This document shows, piece by piece, positions 21,305 through 32,280 of a stretch of 64,000 nucleotides of DNA. This DNA is from Actinomycetes bacterium (lineage in GTDB: Bacteria > Actinomycetota > Actinomycetes > S36-B12), in NCBI GenBank assembly GCA_024641635.1, contig JAHECS010000001.1:25781-89780 (forward strand). Reading direction: 5' to 3'. Position numbers and translations under genes: made by a program. Numbering within the stretch: position 1 is the first letter of the stretch; every line of letters starts with the position of its first letter. The notes below the pieces were generated by a model that saw only the letters and a program-made list of their open reading frames with translations, was not told the origin of the DNA and did no database searches.

Positions 21305-22162
21305 ATGGCGCTGAAGGAGCGTGGGGCCGACCAGGCGGCCGCCATGCCGCTCACCGAGCACCTGCGTGAGCTGAGATCCCGGCTGGTCAAGTCGGGCATC
21401 GCCATCGCCCTGGGCATGGTCGTCGGGTGGATCTACTACGAGCAGCTCTTCGCCTGGCTGAGTGCCCCCTTCATGGGCGCTGTCGAGCAGGCTCGGGCAG
21501 ATGGCCGGCAGGTCACCCTGGCCCTGACCGGGGTCGCCGATCCGTTCGTCCTCCAGATGCAGGTCGCCGCCGTCGCGGGCATCGCGCTCTCGGCGCCCGT
21601 CTGGCTCTACCAGCTGTGGCGGTTCGTGACCCCGGGGCTGCACCGGCACGAACGTCGCTGGGCGATCGGCTTCGTTGCCGTCGCGACCCCCCTCTTCTTC
21701 GGCGGCGTCGCCCTCGCCTACGCGGTCATGCCGCTGGGCCTCCAGGTGCTGCTCGGCTTCACGCCGGAGAACGTGGAGAACATCGTCTCGGTGGACAAGT
21801 ACCTGTCCTTCTTCCTGCGCACGGTGCTGGTGTTCGGGGTCGGCTTCCTCGTACCCCTCCTCATCGTCCTGCTGAACTTCGCCGGGGTGCTCACTGGACG
21901 ACGCCTGCTCGGCTGGTGGCGGTGGATCGTCCTTATCGTGGTGGTCTTCGCTGCGGTCGCGACGCCGACCGGCGACCCGATCAACCTCATGCTGCTCGCC
22001 GGCCCCATCATGCTTCTCGTGTCCGTTGCGGTCGGCATCTGCCTGCTCAACGACCGACGCCGGGCCCGGCGTCGCCGGGGGAGCCCGGACTACGACTCCT
22101 ACGCCGACGATGAGGCGTCCCCACTCGATCCCACGCCGAGCGACCTCGACGATGGCAGATGA
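21305..22162 (+). CDS. tatC: twin-arginine translocase subunit TatC
   Basis: 285 aa with six predicted TM segments; MPLTEHLRELRSRL is a typical TatC N-terminus. Confidence 0.9.
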   Translation: MALKERGADQAAAMPLTEHLRELRSRLVKSGIAIALGMVVGWIYYEQLFAWLSAPFMGAVEQARADGRQVTLALTGVADPFVLQMQVAAVAGIALSAPVWLYQLWRFVTPGLHRHERRWAIGFVAVATPLFFGGVALAYAVMPLGLQVLLGFTPENVENIVSVDKYLSFFLRTVLVFGVGFLVPLLIVLLNFAGVLTGRRLLGWWRWIVLIVVVFAAVATPTGDPINLMLLAGPIMLLVSVAVGICLLNDRRRARRRRGSPDYDSYADDEASPLDPTPSDLDDGR

Positions 22163-23075
22163 GGTCTGGCTCGTCGCCAATGCCGAGGCCGGCGGCGGGC
22201 GAGGCTCGCGGAACGCCAGCGCGGTCGCGCGCAGGCTGAGCGAGGCTCACGTCGCCTGCCGGCTCATCCATCCGGGTTCGGCCGCCGAGTCGAGGGTCAC
22301 GGCCCAGCGGGCCATCGACGAGGGAGCGGCCGCCGTCGTGGCCTGCGGGGGAGACGGCACGGTGCACGCCGTGCTCCAGGCGCTGGTCGGTTCCCACGTG
22401 CCGCTCGGGATCGTCGCCGGCGGCTCAGGCGACGACATCGCGACCGGGCTCGGGCTGCCCACCGGCACCCCGGAGGCAGCGGCCGAGTCGATCATCGAGT
22501 CCGTCAGGGGCGGCTGCACGCGTGCGGTGGACGTCGCCCTGGCGGAGACGGCCGACGGCACCCGTCGCTACTACCTGGGCGTGATGTCGACGGGATTCGA
22601 CTCGTCCGTCAACGAGCGCGCGAACCGGATGCCGCGACTGGGCGGGCAGCGCTACAACGTGGCCATCGTGCGGGAGCTCGCCTCGTTCCGTCCGCTCGAC
22701 TACGAGGTGGACATCGACGGGGTGCACACGGCGGCTCCAGGAATGCTGGTGTCCGTAGGCAACGGCCCGCAGTACGGCGGCGGCATGCTCGTATGCCCCG
22801 CCGCCGAGTCCGATGACGGCGAGCTGGACGTGACGTGGCTCGGCGCGCTGGCCCGCCCCGCGTTCCTGCGCGTGTTCCCGAAGGTGTTCAGCGGGGAGCA
22901 CGTCCACCACCCCGCCGTCCGCACCTACCGGGGACGCGTCCTCACGATCTCGGCGCCCGGGCAGACCGCCTACGCCGACGGGGAGCGGATCGGCCCGCTG
23001 CCCGTGCGCGTCGAGGTGCAACCCGGCGCCCTGCGCGTGCTGTGCGGCCGGGGACCCCAGGAGGACGTAGCCTGA
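22152..23075 (+). CDS. diacylglycerol kinase-family lipid kinase
   Basis: DAGK catalytic motifs (VACGGDGTVHAVLQAL, GIVAGGSGDD). The ATG at 22152 overlaps the tatC 3' end by 11 nt. Confidence 0.8.
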   Translation: MADEVWLVANAEAGGGRGSRNASAVARRLSEAHVACRLIHPGSAAESRVTAQRAIDEGAAAVVACGGDGTVHAVLQALVGSHVPLGIVAGGSGDDIATGLGLPTGTPEAAAESIIESVRGGCTRAVDVALAETADGTRRYYLGVMSTGFDSSVNERANRMPRLGGQRYNVAIVRELASFRPLDYEVDIDGVHTAAPGMLVSVGNGPQYGGGMLVCPAAESDDGELDVTWLGALARPAFLRVFPKVFSGEHVHHPAVRTYRGRVLTISAPGQTAYADGERIGPLPVRVEVQPGALRVLCGRGPQEDVA

Positions 23076-23079
23076 GGGC

Positions 23080-25812
23080 ATGCCGAGCCCTGCCGAGAGG
23101 TACGCCGCGGCCCGGCAGCGCAGCCTCCTCGAGCGGTCCGAGCTCGGCGCGTTCAGCGAGGGCTACGTGTTCGGGCTCGACCCGTACCAGATGCGGGCCT
23201 GCGAGACCCTGGAGGCGGGCCGCGGGGTGCTTGTCGCGGCGCCCACCGGCTCCGGCAAGACCGTGGTGGGGGAGTTCGCCATCCACCTGGCCCTGGCCCA
23301 GGGCCGCAAGTGCTTCTACACGACCCCCATCAAGGCCCTCTCCAACCAGAAGTACAACGACCTCGTCGCCCGGCACGGTCCCGACAGCGTGGGACTGCTC
23401 ACGGGTGACAACAGCATCAACGGCGAGGCGCCGATCGTCGTCATGACCACCGAGGTGCTGCGCAACATGCTGTACGCCGGCTCCAGCACCCTGACCGACC
23501 TCGGCTTCGTCGTCATGGACGAGGTCCACTACCTCGCCGACCGGTTCCGGGGAGCAGTGTGGGAGGAGGTCATCATCCACCTGCCGGAGTCGGTCACCGT
23601 CGTGGCGCTGTCCGCGACGGTCAGCAACGCGGAGGAGTTCGGCGCCTGGCTCGAGGCGGTGCGGGGCGGCACCGACATCGTGGTGGAGGAGCATCGTCCG
23701 GTGCCGCTGTGGCAGCACGTGATGGCCGGTCCCCGCATGTACGACCTGTTCGTCGACGACGACCAGAACATCGTCAATCCGGAGCTGGTCCGCCTCGCCC
23801 GGGATGAGGAGCGGCGCACGCCGCATCGTGGCGAGCTGCGTCGCGGTCGCGACCGCGCCCGGGGCCGAGGCCCGAAGACGCCCTGGCGCAGCGACGTGGC
23901 GCAGCGGCTGGAGCGGGACGGACTGCTCCCGGCCATCTACTTCCTGTTCAGTCGTGCCGGGTGCGACGAGGCGGTCCGTCAGTGCCTGCATGCCGGACTG
24001 CGGCTGACCACGGGCGAGGAGCGCAAGGCCATCCGGTCGGCTGCGCTGTCGGCGACGATGGAACTGCCGGACGACGACCTTGCAGCACTGGGCTTCGACG
24101 AGTGGCTGGAGGCGCTCGAGCGCGGGCTCGCGGCCCACCACGCGGGGATGCTGCCGGTCTTCAAGGAGATCGTGGAGTCCCTGTTCCAGCGGGGCCTCAT
24201 CAAGGTCGTGTTCGCCACGGAGACCCTCGCCCTCGGCATCAACATGCCTGCCAAGTCGGTCGTGCTCGAGCGCCTGGTGAAGTGGAACGGCGAGACCCAC
24301 GTCGACCTGACGCCGGGGGAGTACACCCAGCTCACCGGGCGTGCGGGACGACGGGGTATCGACGTCGAGGGTCACGCGGTCGTCCTGTGGCAGCCGGGCC
24401 TGGATCCTCGATCGCTCGCCGGTCTGGCCTCGACCCGGACGTATCCGCTCCGATCGTCCTTCCAGCCCTCGTACAACATGGCCGTGAACCTCGTCGCCCG
24501 CATGGGTCGGCACGCGGCGCGGGAGGTGCTCGAGACGTCCTTCGCGCAGTTCCAGGCCGACCGCGCCGTGGTGGGGCTCGCCACCGAACTGCGTCGTGTC
24601 GAGGAGGCACGCGACGGCTACCGACAGGCGATGTCCTGCCACCTCGGCGACTTCGTCGAGTACGCCGAGCTGCGGGAGTCGCTCTCGCGGCGGGAGAAGG
24701 ACATCAGCCGGACCGCCGCCGCCGAGCGGCGGGAGGCGGCTGAGGACTCGTGGCTCGCGCTTCGCCAGGGCGACGTCTTCCTCATCCCGTCCGGTCGTCG
24801 CAGCGGCCCTGCCGTCGTGCTGGACCAGCGGCGGCACCGCAGTCCCCGTGAGGTGGCGCGCCCGATGGTGCTGACCTCCGAGGGCCAGGTGCGGCGCATG
24901 TCGGTGGCCGACACCAGCCAGCCGGTGGAGCCCTTCGCCCGGATCTCGGTGCCCAAGGGATTCGTGGCCAGGGACAGCAGGGCGCGTCGGGACCTGCTGT
25001 CCGCGCTGAAGGCCGCCGTGGACGAGGTGCCCTACGACCAGCGCCGTCGTCGGACCTCGTCGGCCGAGGACGCCGAGATCATCCGACTGCGCGCGGCACT
25101 GCGGAGCCACGCGTGCCACGGCTGCTCCGATCGTGAGGTGCACGCCCGCTGGGCCGAGCGGTACTACCGCACCGATCGTCAGGTACGGGACCTCGAGCGG
25201 CGGGTGGAGGGACGAACCAACTCGATCGCGCGCCGGTTCGACCGCGTGTGCGAGGTGCTCACCGCCCTCGGCTACCTCACGTCGGCCGGCGACTCAGCGT
25301 CGGTGACAGAGCCGGGCCGGATGCTCATGCGCCTCTACACGGAGTCCGACCTCCTTGCCGCCCAGTCACTCCGCGACGGGGCCTGGTCCGGCCTCGCCCC
25401 CGCCGAGCTGGCCGCCGTGTGCGCCGCTGTCGTGTACGAGTCGCGCGGCCGTGACGAGGACACCCAGCCAGCCCTGCCCAACGCGCACGTCCGGGAGGCG
25501 GTCGAACGGCTCACGGTGCTGTGGTCCGAGCTGCACGACCTGGAGTCCCGGCACGGTCTCGACATCACCCGACGGCCCGACGCGGGGCTCGTCGACGCGA
25601 CGTATCGGTGGGCACGTGGCGCCAACCTGCTTCAGGTGCTCACCCACGCCGACATCACGGCCGGCGACTTCGTCCGCTGGGTGCGCCAGGTCATCGATGT
25701 GCTCGGACAGGTCGCGCAGGCCGTGGAGCCAGGGGATCCGGTCCGCGATGCCGCCCGCGCCGCCGCCGACCTCGTCAACCGCGGCGTCGTGGCCTACTCG
25801 GCCTCGGTCTGA
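23080..25812 (+). CDS. helY: Ski2-like DEAD/DEAH-box RNA helicase HelY
   Basis: 910 aa. Walker A APTGSGKT, DEVH box, SAT, and DSHCT-like C-terminal region. Confidence 0.9.
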   Translation: MPSPAERYAAARQRSLLERSELGAFSEGYVFGLDPYQMRACETLEAGRGVLVAAPTGSGKTVVGEFAIHLALAQGRKCFYTTPIKALSNQKYNDLVARHGPDSVGLLTGDNSINGEAPIVVMTTEVLRNMLYAGSSTLTDLGFVVMDEVHYLADRFRGAVWEEVIIHLPESVTVVALSATVSNAEEFGAWLEAVRGGTDIVVEEHRPVPLWQHVMAGPRMYDLFVDDDQNIVNPELVRLARDEERRTPHRGELRRGRDRARGRGPKTPWRSDVAQRLERDGLLPAIYFLFSRAGCDEAVRQCLHAGLRLTTGEERKAIRSAALSATMELPDDDLAALGFDEWLEALERGLAAHHAGMLPVFKEIVESLFQRGLIKVVFATETLALGINMPAKSVVLERLVKWNGETHVDLTPGEYTQLTGRAGRRGIDVEGHAVVLWQPGLDPRSLAGLASTRTYPLRSSFQPSYNMAVNLVARMGRHAAREVLETSFAQFQADRAVVGLATELRRVEEARDGYRQAMSCHLGDFVEYAELRESLSRREKDISRTAAAERREAAEDSWLALRQGDVFLIPSGRRSGPAVVLDQRRHRSPREVARPMVLTSEGQVRRMSVADTSQPVEPFARISVPKGFVARDSRARRDLLSALKAAVDEVPYDQRRRRTSSAEDAEIIRLRAALRSHACHGCSDREVHARWAERYYRTDRQVRDLERRVEGRTNSIARRFDRVCEVLTALGYLTSAGDSASVTEPGRMLMRLYTESDLLAAQSLRDGAWSGLAPAELAAVCAAVVYESRGRDEDTQPALPNAHVREAVERLTVLWSELHDLESRHGLDITRRPDAGLVDATYRWARGANLLQVLTHADITAGDFVRWVRQVIDVLGQVAQAVEPGDPVRDAARAAADLVNRGVVAYSASV

Positions 25813-26747
25813 ACCCTGCGGATCGCCAGCTGCAGCTCGTCGACCTGGCGCGCCACCCCCCACTCGGCGACGATGTCGCCGAGCGCTGCCGGGTCTGACG
25901 GCGCCGATGGCAGGTCGACCGGGTCGGCCGGCAGGACCAGATCGCGCACGACGTTCGCGACCCGACGGGCGCGCAGCGTGGCGTCCTCCGCTGACAGCAG
26001 GCCCGCGGCGAGGCGCGGTGTCATCGGTCGAGCGTCCGGCCGCTCGCGGGCCGCGCTGAGGATCCCGTCGATGGGTCCGAAGGCGGTGACGAGGGCTGCT
26101 GCGGTCTTCGCCCCGATGCCTGGCACCCCAGGAAGGCCGTCGGACGGATCACCCCGGAGCACGGCGAGGTCGACGTAGCGATCCGGTGGGACACCGAAGC
26201 GGGCCAGTGCGGCGCTCTGGTCGAGGAGCGGCCACTTCTCCATGCCGCCGTTCACGGTGAGCAGCAGCCGGGTGTCGTCGGTGATCAGCTGGACGAGGTC
26301 CCGGTCACCGGACACCACGATGGTCGGCCCGGGGACCTGCGCGGCGACACTGCCGGCGACATCGTCCGCCTCGAACCCGTCCGCTCCCCAGCGGGCGATG
26401 CCCAGGGCGTCGAGCAGGTCGGCGATGGCCACCGCCTGGGGGCCGAGATCCTCCGGCTCGGCCTCCTCGGTGGACGCCCCACCGTCGCTGTCATCCGCGA
26501 CGCGATGGCTCTTGTAGGTGGGGACGAGATCCACCCGCCACGCCGGCCGCCAGTCGTTGTCCCAGCACGCCACGATGCCCCTGGGGGAGTAGGCGTCCAC
26601 GAGGCGGCTGACTGTCGACAGGAAGCCGCGGACGGCGTTGTGCGGGCGGCCGTCCGGGGCGGTCATGGACGAGGGGAGGGCGTAGTAGGACCGGTAGTAG
26701 AGGGAGGCCGAGTCGAGGACGAGCACGGGCCGCGGCGGCACGGTCAT
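25794..26747 (-). CDS. 5'-3' exonuclease (Pol I N-terminal/FEN-like)
   Basis: LVLDSASLYYRSYYAL, FEADDV, SGDRDLVQL and H3TH PGVPGIGAKTAA motifs. ATG at 26747. Confidence 0.85.
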   Translation of the reverse strand: MTVPPRPVLVLDSASLYYRSYYALPSSMTAPDGRPHNAVRGFLSTVSRLVDAYSPRGIVACWDNDWRPAWRVDLVPTYKSHRVADDSDGGASTEEAEPEDLGPQAVAIADLLDALGIARWGADGFEADDVAGSVAAQVPGPTIVVSGDRDLVQLITDDTRLLLTVNGGMEKWPLLDQSAALARFGVPPDRYVDLAVLRGDPSDGLPGVPGIGAKTAAALVTAFGPIDGILSAARERPDARPMTPRLAAGLLSAEDATLRARRVANVVRDLVLPADPVDLPSAPSDPAALGDIVAEWGVARQVDELQLAIRRVQTEAE

Positions 26748-26820
26748 AGCGGCAGTCTGGCACCACCGGTGGGCCCGGTGACCTCCGCATAGACTCCGGA
26801 GCACGAGAGAGGGAGGGCCC

Positions 26821-27924
26821 ATGCCCGGAGGGGACCACGCGGCGCGACTCGCGGCGCTGCAGCATGAGGCGCGGACGGCCGGGATCGACGCCGTCCTCGT
26901 GGCCCCCGGCCCGGACCTGCGCTACCTGGTCGGCTACGACGCCGTTCCCCTCGAGCGGCTCACCTGCCTCGTCGTGCCGGCTGCCGGGGATCCTGTCCTC
27001 GTCGCACCCCGCCTCGAGGTCCTCGCGGCGCAGGCAAGTCCGGTCGGCTCGCTGGGCCTCGCCGTCCTGCCCTGGGGCGAGCTCGACGACCCGTACTCGG
27101 TGGTGGCCTCCGTCGTCCCTGGGGCCCTGTCAGTGGCACTCGACAACCACATGTGGGCCGAGAAGGTGCTCGCGCTCCGCGACGCCATGCCCGCCGTCGA
27201 GCAGGTGCTGGCCGGTCCGCTCATCGCCCGGCAGCGGATGCGCAAGGACGCCGCCGAGGTCGAGGCCCTGATCGCGGCGGGGGCGGCCATCGACCGCGTG
27301 CACGAGGCGGTCCCCGGCCTGCTGCGCCCCGGGCGCACCGAGCGCGAGGTCGGTGCCGACATCGCAGACCTCATCATCGACGTGGGCCACGTGCGGGTCG
27401 ACTTCGTCATCGTGGGCAGCGGGCCGAACGGCGCCAGCCCGCACCACGAGGTTTCCGATCGCATCCTCGAGAGGGGTGACGTCGTCGTGGTCGACATCGG
27501 CGGCACGATGCCCGATGGCTACCGCAGCGACTGCACCCGCACGTACGCGATCGGTGAGGCCCCCGAAGGCTTCGCCGCCCGGTACGAGGCGCTGCAGCAG
27601 GCCCAGGCGGCCGCGGTGGCCCACGCCCGTCCGGGGGTCACGTGCGAGAGCGTCGACGGCGCCGCGCGCGTCGTCCTCGAAGCCGCCGGGATGGGCGACC
27701 TGTTCATCCACCGCACCGGACATGGCATCGGCCTGGAGACGCACGAGGAGCCGTACATCGTCAGCGGGAACACCCTCGTCCTCGAGACCGGAATGGCCTT
27801 CAGCGTCGAGCCGGGCTTCTACGTCGAGGGCAGCTACGGCGCCCGGATCGAGGACATCGTCATCGCCACGGAGGGCGGCGTGACGGTGGCGAACAACCGG
27901 CCACGCGACCTGGTGGTGGCGTGA
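26821..27924 (+). CDS. M24-family Xaa-Pro dipeptidase/aminopeptidase
   Basis: Creatinase-like N-domain plus pita-bread fold metal ligands (VVVDIGG, HRTGHGIGLETHE, EPGFY). Confidence 0.85.
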   Translation: MPGGDHAARLAALQHEARTAGIDAVLVAPGPDLRYLVGYDAVPLERLTCLVVPAAGDPVLVAPRLEVLAAQASPVGSLGLAVLPWGELDDPYSVVASVVPGALSVALDNHMWAEKVLALRDAMPAVEQVLAGPLIARQRMRKDAAEVEALIAAGAAIDRVHEAVPGLLRPGRTEREVGADIADLIIDVGHVRVDFVIVGSGPNGASPHHEVSDRILERGDVVVVDIGGTMPDGYRSDCTRTYAIGEAPEGFAARYEALQQAQAAAVAHARPGVTCESVDGAARVVLEAAGMGDLFIHRTGHGIGLETHEEPYIVSGNTLVLETGMAFSVEPGFYVEGSYGARIEDIVIATEGGVTVANNRPRDLVVA

Positions 27925-29102
27925 TGTCGTACCCGTGGAAGGGCAGGTCGGTCACCCGCCTCATGCCGACCGAGGAATCGGTCGAGCTCATGGCCCTGGT
28001 CGAGGACTTCGCCGCCAGCGAGCTGGCACCGAAGGCGGGCCCCGCGGAGGAGAGTGCCGACTTCCCCCGTGAGTCACTGCGTGCCCTGGGCGCGATGGGC
28101 ATCCTCGGGCTGCCGTTCGACTCGGCCTACGGCGGAGCGGAGCAGCCGTACGAGGTCGTCCTCCCCGTTCTCGAGGAGCTGGCGCGTGCGTGGCTGTCCG
28201 TCGGCATCAGCGTCAGCGTCCACTACCTGGCCTGCTTCCCCCTGGCGGCCTACGGAACCGACGCCCAGCGCGACCGATGGCTGGCCGACATGGTCGGAGG
28301 CGACCTGCTCGGGGGCTACTGCCTGTCCGAGCCGCAGTCGGGATCGGACGCGGCGGCGCTCGCCACCAGCGCGGTGCTCGATGGCGCTGACTACGTCGTC
28401 AACGGCACCAAGGCCTGGATCACGCACGGCGGCCGGGCGGACTTCTACTCGGTCATGGTGCGCACCTCGGACCACGGACCCAAGGGAATCAGCTGCCTGC
28501 TGGTCGACGGTGCGACGACGGGGCTGTCGTCCGCGCCGCCTGAGCGGAAGATGGGTGCCAACGCATCGCCGACCGCGCAGGTGATCCTCACTGACGCCCG
28601 CGTCCCCGCCGACCGGCTCATGGCCGCCGAGGGAGCGGGCTTCAGCGTCGCTCTGGCGGCACTCGACGCCGGCCGCCTCGGCATCGCCGCCTGCGCGGTG
28701 GGGTTGGCGCAGGCGGCGCTTGACGCTGCCGTGGCATATGCCGCCGAACGGCGACAGTTCGGGCGGGCGATCAGCGGATTCCAGGGCGTCTCCTTCATGC
28801 TCGCCGACATGGCGACTGCCGTCGCGGGAGCCCGGGCGCTCTACCTCGAGGCAGCGCGGCTGAAGGACGCTGGGCTTCAGTTCGGCACCGCAGCCGCCAT
28901 GGCCAAGCTCGCGGCGACCGACGCGGCCATGAAGGTCACGACGGATGCCGTTCAGGTGCTCGGAGGTGCTGGCTACACCAAGGACTTCCCGGTGGAGAGG
29001 TACTTCCGCGAGGCGAAGGTCCTGCAGATCGTCGAGGGCACCAACCAGGTCCAACGGCTCGTCATCGGGCGCGCCCTCGGCCAGGGTCCCGCGCGACAGT
29101 GA
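27924..29102 (+). CDS. acyl-CoA dehydrogenase
   Basis: GGYCLSEPQSGSDAAAL, QFGRAISGFQGV, and C-terminal IVEGTNQVQRLVIGR. Confidence 0.9.
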   Translation: MSYPWKGRSVTRLMPTEESVELMALVEDFAASELAPKAGPAEESADFPRESLRALGAMGILGLPFDSAYGGAEQPYEVVLPVLEELARAWLSVGISVSVHYLACFPLAAYGTDAQRDRWLADMVGGDLLGGYCLSEPQSGSDAAALATSAVLDGADYVVNGTKAWITHGGRADFYSVMVRTSDHGPKGISCLLVDGATTGLSSAPPERKMGANASPTAQVILTDARVPADRLMAAEGAGFSVALAALDAGRLGIAACAVGLAQAALDAAVAYAAERRQFGRAISGFQGVSFMLADMATAVAGARALYLEAARLKDAGLQFGTAAAMAKLAATDAAMKVTTDAVQVLGGAGYTKDFPVERYFREAKVLQIVEGTNQVQRLVIGRALGQGPARQ

Positions 29103-30739
29103 CCTCACCGAACTGGGCTGCGACGGAGCGCGTGCTGCTGCACGGTGGCGTGGTCTACTCGCCCGCTAGCCCCTTCGCCACCGCGATGCTCATCGACGGA
29201 GACACGGTCGCCTGGCTCGGCGAGGACTCGGCGGCCGAGGCACACCGTGATGCCGCCGACCGCATCATCGACCTGGATGGTGCACTCGTGACGCCGGGGT
29301 TCGTCGACGCTCACGTGCACGCCACCAGCACCGGACTCGCCCTGACGGGGCTGGACCTCAGCCGCACCCGCAGCCTCGCCGAGGCGCTGTCCCTCCTCGA
29401 GGCCCGGGCCCGGGGCCTGCGCGGAGGGGCGATCCTCGGCCACGGATGGGACGAGACCCGCTGGCCGGAGAATCGCCCGCCGACCCGCGAGGAGCTGGAC
29501 CGTGCGTCGTGGGGGAGCGTCGTCTACCTGTCCCGCATCGACGTGCACTCGGCCGCGGTGTCGAGCGCCCTGGTGGCGATGGTGCCCGAGGCGCGGGACC
29601 TGCCGGGCTGGGACGCGTCGCTCCCGCTGAGCCGCGAGGCTCACCACGTGGTCCGTGAGGCGGCACTGGGCACCATCACTGTGGCGCAGCGCCGGGCCGC
29701 CCACGCCGCCGCCCGGCAGGAGGCCGCGAGCCTCGGCATCGTGGCGATGCACGAGATGGCGGGCCCGACGATCTCCAGCGAGGCCGACCTGGCCGACCTC
29801 CTGTCGCTCTCCGCACGGGAGCCGGGGCCGTTGATCACCGGCTACTGGGGCGAGCTCGCACGGGAGGGCGGCCTCGAGCGAGCTCGCGCCCTAGGGGCAC
29901 GTGGGGTGGCCGGCGACCTGTTCGCCGACGGAGCCATCGGCTCGCGGACGGCTCACCTGTGCCGGCCCTACGCGGATGACCCTGGTACGGCCGGAGCGGG
30001 CTACCTGTCCGCACGTGACGTCGCCGACCACGTCATCTCCGCGACGGAGGCCGGGCTGCAGGCGGGCTTCCACGTCATCGGCGATGCGGCTGCCGAGTCG
30101 GTCATCGAGGGCCTGCGCGCGGCAGCGACGCACGTCGGCGTCGCCGCCATGCGAGCCGGCCTCCACCGACTCGAGCACGCAGAACTCCTCACCGACGACC
30201 ACGTGGCGACCATGGCCGACCTCGGCGTGGTGGCATCCATGCAGCCGATGTTCGACGGACTCTGGGGCGGACCGGGCGGGATGTACGAGCAGCGACTGGG
30301 TGCCGAGAGGACCGCGACGATGAACCGCTTCGCGGACCTCGTCGCCGCTGGCGTCCTCGTCTCCTTCGGTTCGGACGCCCCCGTCACCGACCTCGGTCCG
30401 TGGGCCGCCGTGCGCGCTGCAGTCCATCACTCGAACGCCGCGCAGGCGATGTCCGGGCGGGCGGCCTTCTCGGCCCACACGCGTGCGGGCTGGCGCGCGG
30501 TCGGGGAGCCGGGCACCGGCGTGCTGGCACCCGACGCACCGGCCCACCTGGCCATCTGGCAGGTCGACGAGATCCGCGTCCAGGCCCCGGACGAACGGAT
30601 CTCCGCGTGGTCGACCGACCCCCGGTCCGGAACGCCGGGCCTGCCCGCCCTCTCGCCGGACCACCCGCTCCCCGGCTGCCTCCGCACCGTGGTGGCGGGT
30701 CGAACGGTGTTCGACGCGGGCATCCTCGATCAGGGATGA
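29099..30739 (+). CDS. amidohydrolase-family metal-dependent hydrolase (Amidohydro_3-like)
   Basis: PGFVDAHVHATSTG metal-binding motif, HVIGD, FGSDAPV; 546 aa. GTGA overlap with the upstream gene. Confidence 0.8.
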   Translation: MTSPNWAATERVLLHGGVVYSPASPFATAMLIDGDTVAWLGEDSAAEAHRDAADRIIDLDGALVTPGFVDAHVHATSTGLALTGLDLSRTRSLAEALSLLEARARGLRGGAILGHGWDETRWPENRPPTREELDRASWGSVVYLSRIDVHSAAVSSALVAMVPEARDLPGWDASLPLSREAHHVVREAALGTITVAQRRAAHAAARQEAASLGIVAMHEMAGPTISSEADLADLLSLSAREPGPLITGYWGELAREGGLERARALGARGVAGDLFADGAIGSRTAHLCRPYADDPGTAGAGYLSARDVADHVISATEAGLQAGFHVIGDAAAESVIEGLRAAATHVGVAAMRAGLHRLEHAELLTDDHVATMADLGVVASMQPMFDGLWGGPGGMYEQRLGAERTATMNRFADLVAAGVLVSFGSDAPVTDLGPWAAVRAAVHHSNAAQAMSGRAAFSAHTRAGWRAVGEPGTGVLAPDAPAHLAIWQVDEIRVQAPDERISAWSTDPRSGTPGLPALSPDHPLPGCLRTVVAGRTVFDAGILDQG

Positions 30740-32271
30740 ACGCGCCCCTCGTCTCCCTGCGGACCTCGATCGTCCTTGCGGTCGCGGCGGGCGTCCTGCT
30801 GTGGCTGTCGTTCCCCCCGGTTGCCTTCGGCCCGAGCGCCATCGCGGGCGTGGCCGCGCTCACCGTCGCGCTGTGGCGGGCGCGCGTCCGTCGCGGATGG
30901 GGGCTCGGTCTCGTCGCCGGCGTGGTCTTCTTCGCCCTGCTCCTGGAGTGGATGCGCGTCATCGGACCGGACGCATGGTTGCTGCTGACCCTGCTGTGCG
31001 CATCGTGGGTGGCCCTCATCGGCGCGGGAACCACCCTCGTGACCCGGCTGCCGTTCGCACCCGTGTGGGTCGCGGCTCTCTGGGTGCTGGGCGAGGCACT
31101 GCGCGCGCGCGTCCCGTTGGGCGGCTTCCCGTGGGGCAGCCTCGCCTTCGGCCAACCCGACTCGGACCTCGCAGGATGGTCGTCCGTCGGAGGCGCGGCC
31201 CTGGTGACCTTTGTCGTCGCGCTCATGGGTGCGGGCCTGGTCGCTGCGTTCCTCGACCTGCGCGCGGGCCAGCGCGTTCGGGCGGCCTCGTGGCTTGGCG
31301 GCCTGCTCGTCGTGGCACTCGTGCCGCTCGTCCTTCCGGCTCCCGACGGCGGCGACGACATCGGCGGGGCGCCCACGGCCACCGTGGCCGTCGTCCAGGG
31401 CGGGACGCCACAGCTCGGCATGGGTGCCATGGACGTGCGGCGAGCGGTGCTGGACAACCACGTCGAGCAGACGCTGCTGCTCGCGGACGCCATCGCTTCC
31501 GGGCAGGAGCCCCAGCCGGACTTCGTCCTGTGGCCGGAGAACTCGACCGACATCGACCCGTTCGCCGATCAGACGGTCGCGGACGCCATCACCGCCGCGT
31601 CGCGCGCGGTGGGCGCCCCGATCCTCGTGGGTGCCGTCACGTCCGTCCCAGACAACCCGAACGGGGTGTGGAACGTGGGCATCGTGTGGGATCCCGAGTC
31701 GGGACCCAGCCAGATGTACATCAAGACCCACCCGGTCCCCTTCGGTGAGTACGTGCCGTTCCGGGACGTGCTCGCGAACCTCATCGGACGATTCGACCGC
31801 GTCCCACGGGACTTCATCGCGGGGGAGGACCCGGGGAACCTCACCATCGGCGGCGTCGCGGTCGGGAACGTGATCTGCTTCGAGATCGCCTACCGAGAGG
31901 TGGTGGACGCGGTCGTCGACGGCGGAGCCCGTCTGATCACGGTCCAGACCAACAACGCCACGTACGGCGGCACGTCGCAGCCGGCGCAGCAACTGGCGAT
32001 CGAGCGCATCCGGGCGTCCGAGTTCGGCCGCACGGTCCTCGTGGCGGCCACCTCGGGGATCTCCGCGGTCATCGGGACGGACCGCAGCCTCGTCGAGCAG
32101 ATTGACGAGAACGAGACCGGCTGGATCGTCGCCGAGGTGCCCCTCAACGGGTCACTGACGCTGGCCTCGCGGATCGGCCAGTGGGTCGAGCTGCTCCTGT
32201 GCCTCGTCGCCCTCGCGGCCGTCGCCGCCTCCGTGCGAGCGCGGCGACGACGCCGTCGGACCATCGCCTAG
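30736..32271 (+). CDS. lnt: apolipoprotein N-acyltransferase
   Basis: Multi-TM N-terminal region plus CN-hydrolase domain (LWPENS..., ICFEIAY). ATG at 30736 (ATGA overlap). The upstream part of track ORF 30400.. overlaps the preceding gene. Confidence 0.85.
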   Translation: MNAPLVSLRTSIVLAVAAGVLLWLSFPPVAFGPSAIAGVAALTVALWRARVRRGWGLGLVAGVVFFALLLEWMRVIGPDAWLLLTLLCASWVALIGAGTTLVTRLPFAPVWVAALWVLGEALRARVPLGGFPWGSLAFGQPDSDLAGWSSVGGAALVTFVVALMGAGLVAAFLDLRAGQRVRAASWLGGLLVVALVPLVLPAPDGGDDIGGAPTATVAVVQGGTPQLGMGAMDVRRAVLDNHVEQTLLLADAIASGQEPQPDFVLWPENSTDIDPFADQTVADAITAASRAVGAPILVGAVTSVPDNPNGVWNVGIVWDPESGPSQMYIKTHPVPFGEYVPFRDVLANLIGRFDRVPRDFIAGEDPGNLTIGGVAVGNVICFEIAYREVVDAVVDGGARLITVQTNNATYGGTSQPAQQLAIERIRASEFGRTVLVAATSGISAVIGTDRSLVEQIDENETGWIVAEVPLNGSLTLASRIGQWVELLLCLVALAAVAASVRARRRRRRTIA

Positions 32272-32280
32272 GCTTGCCGG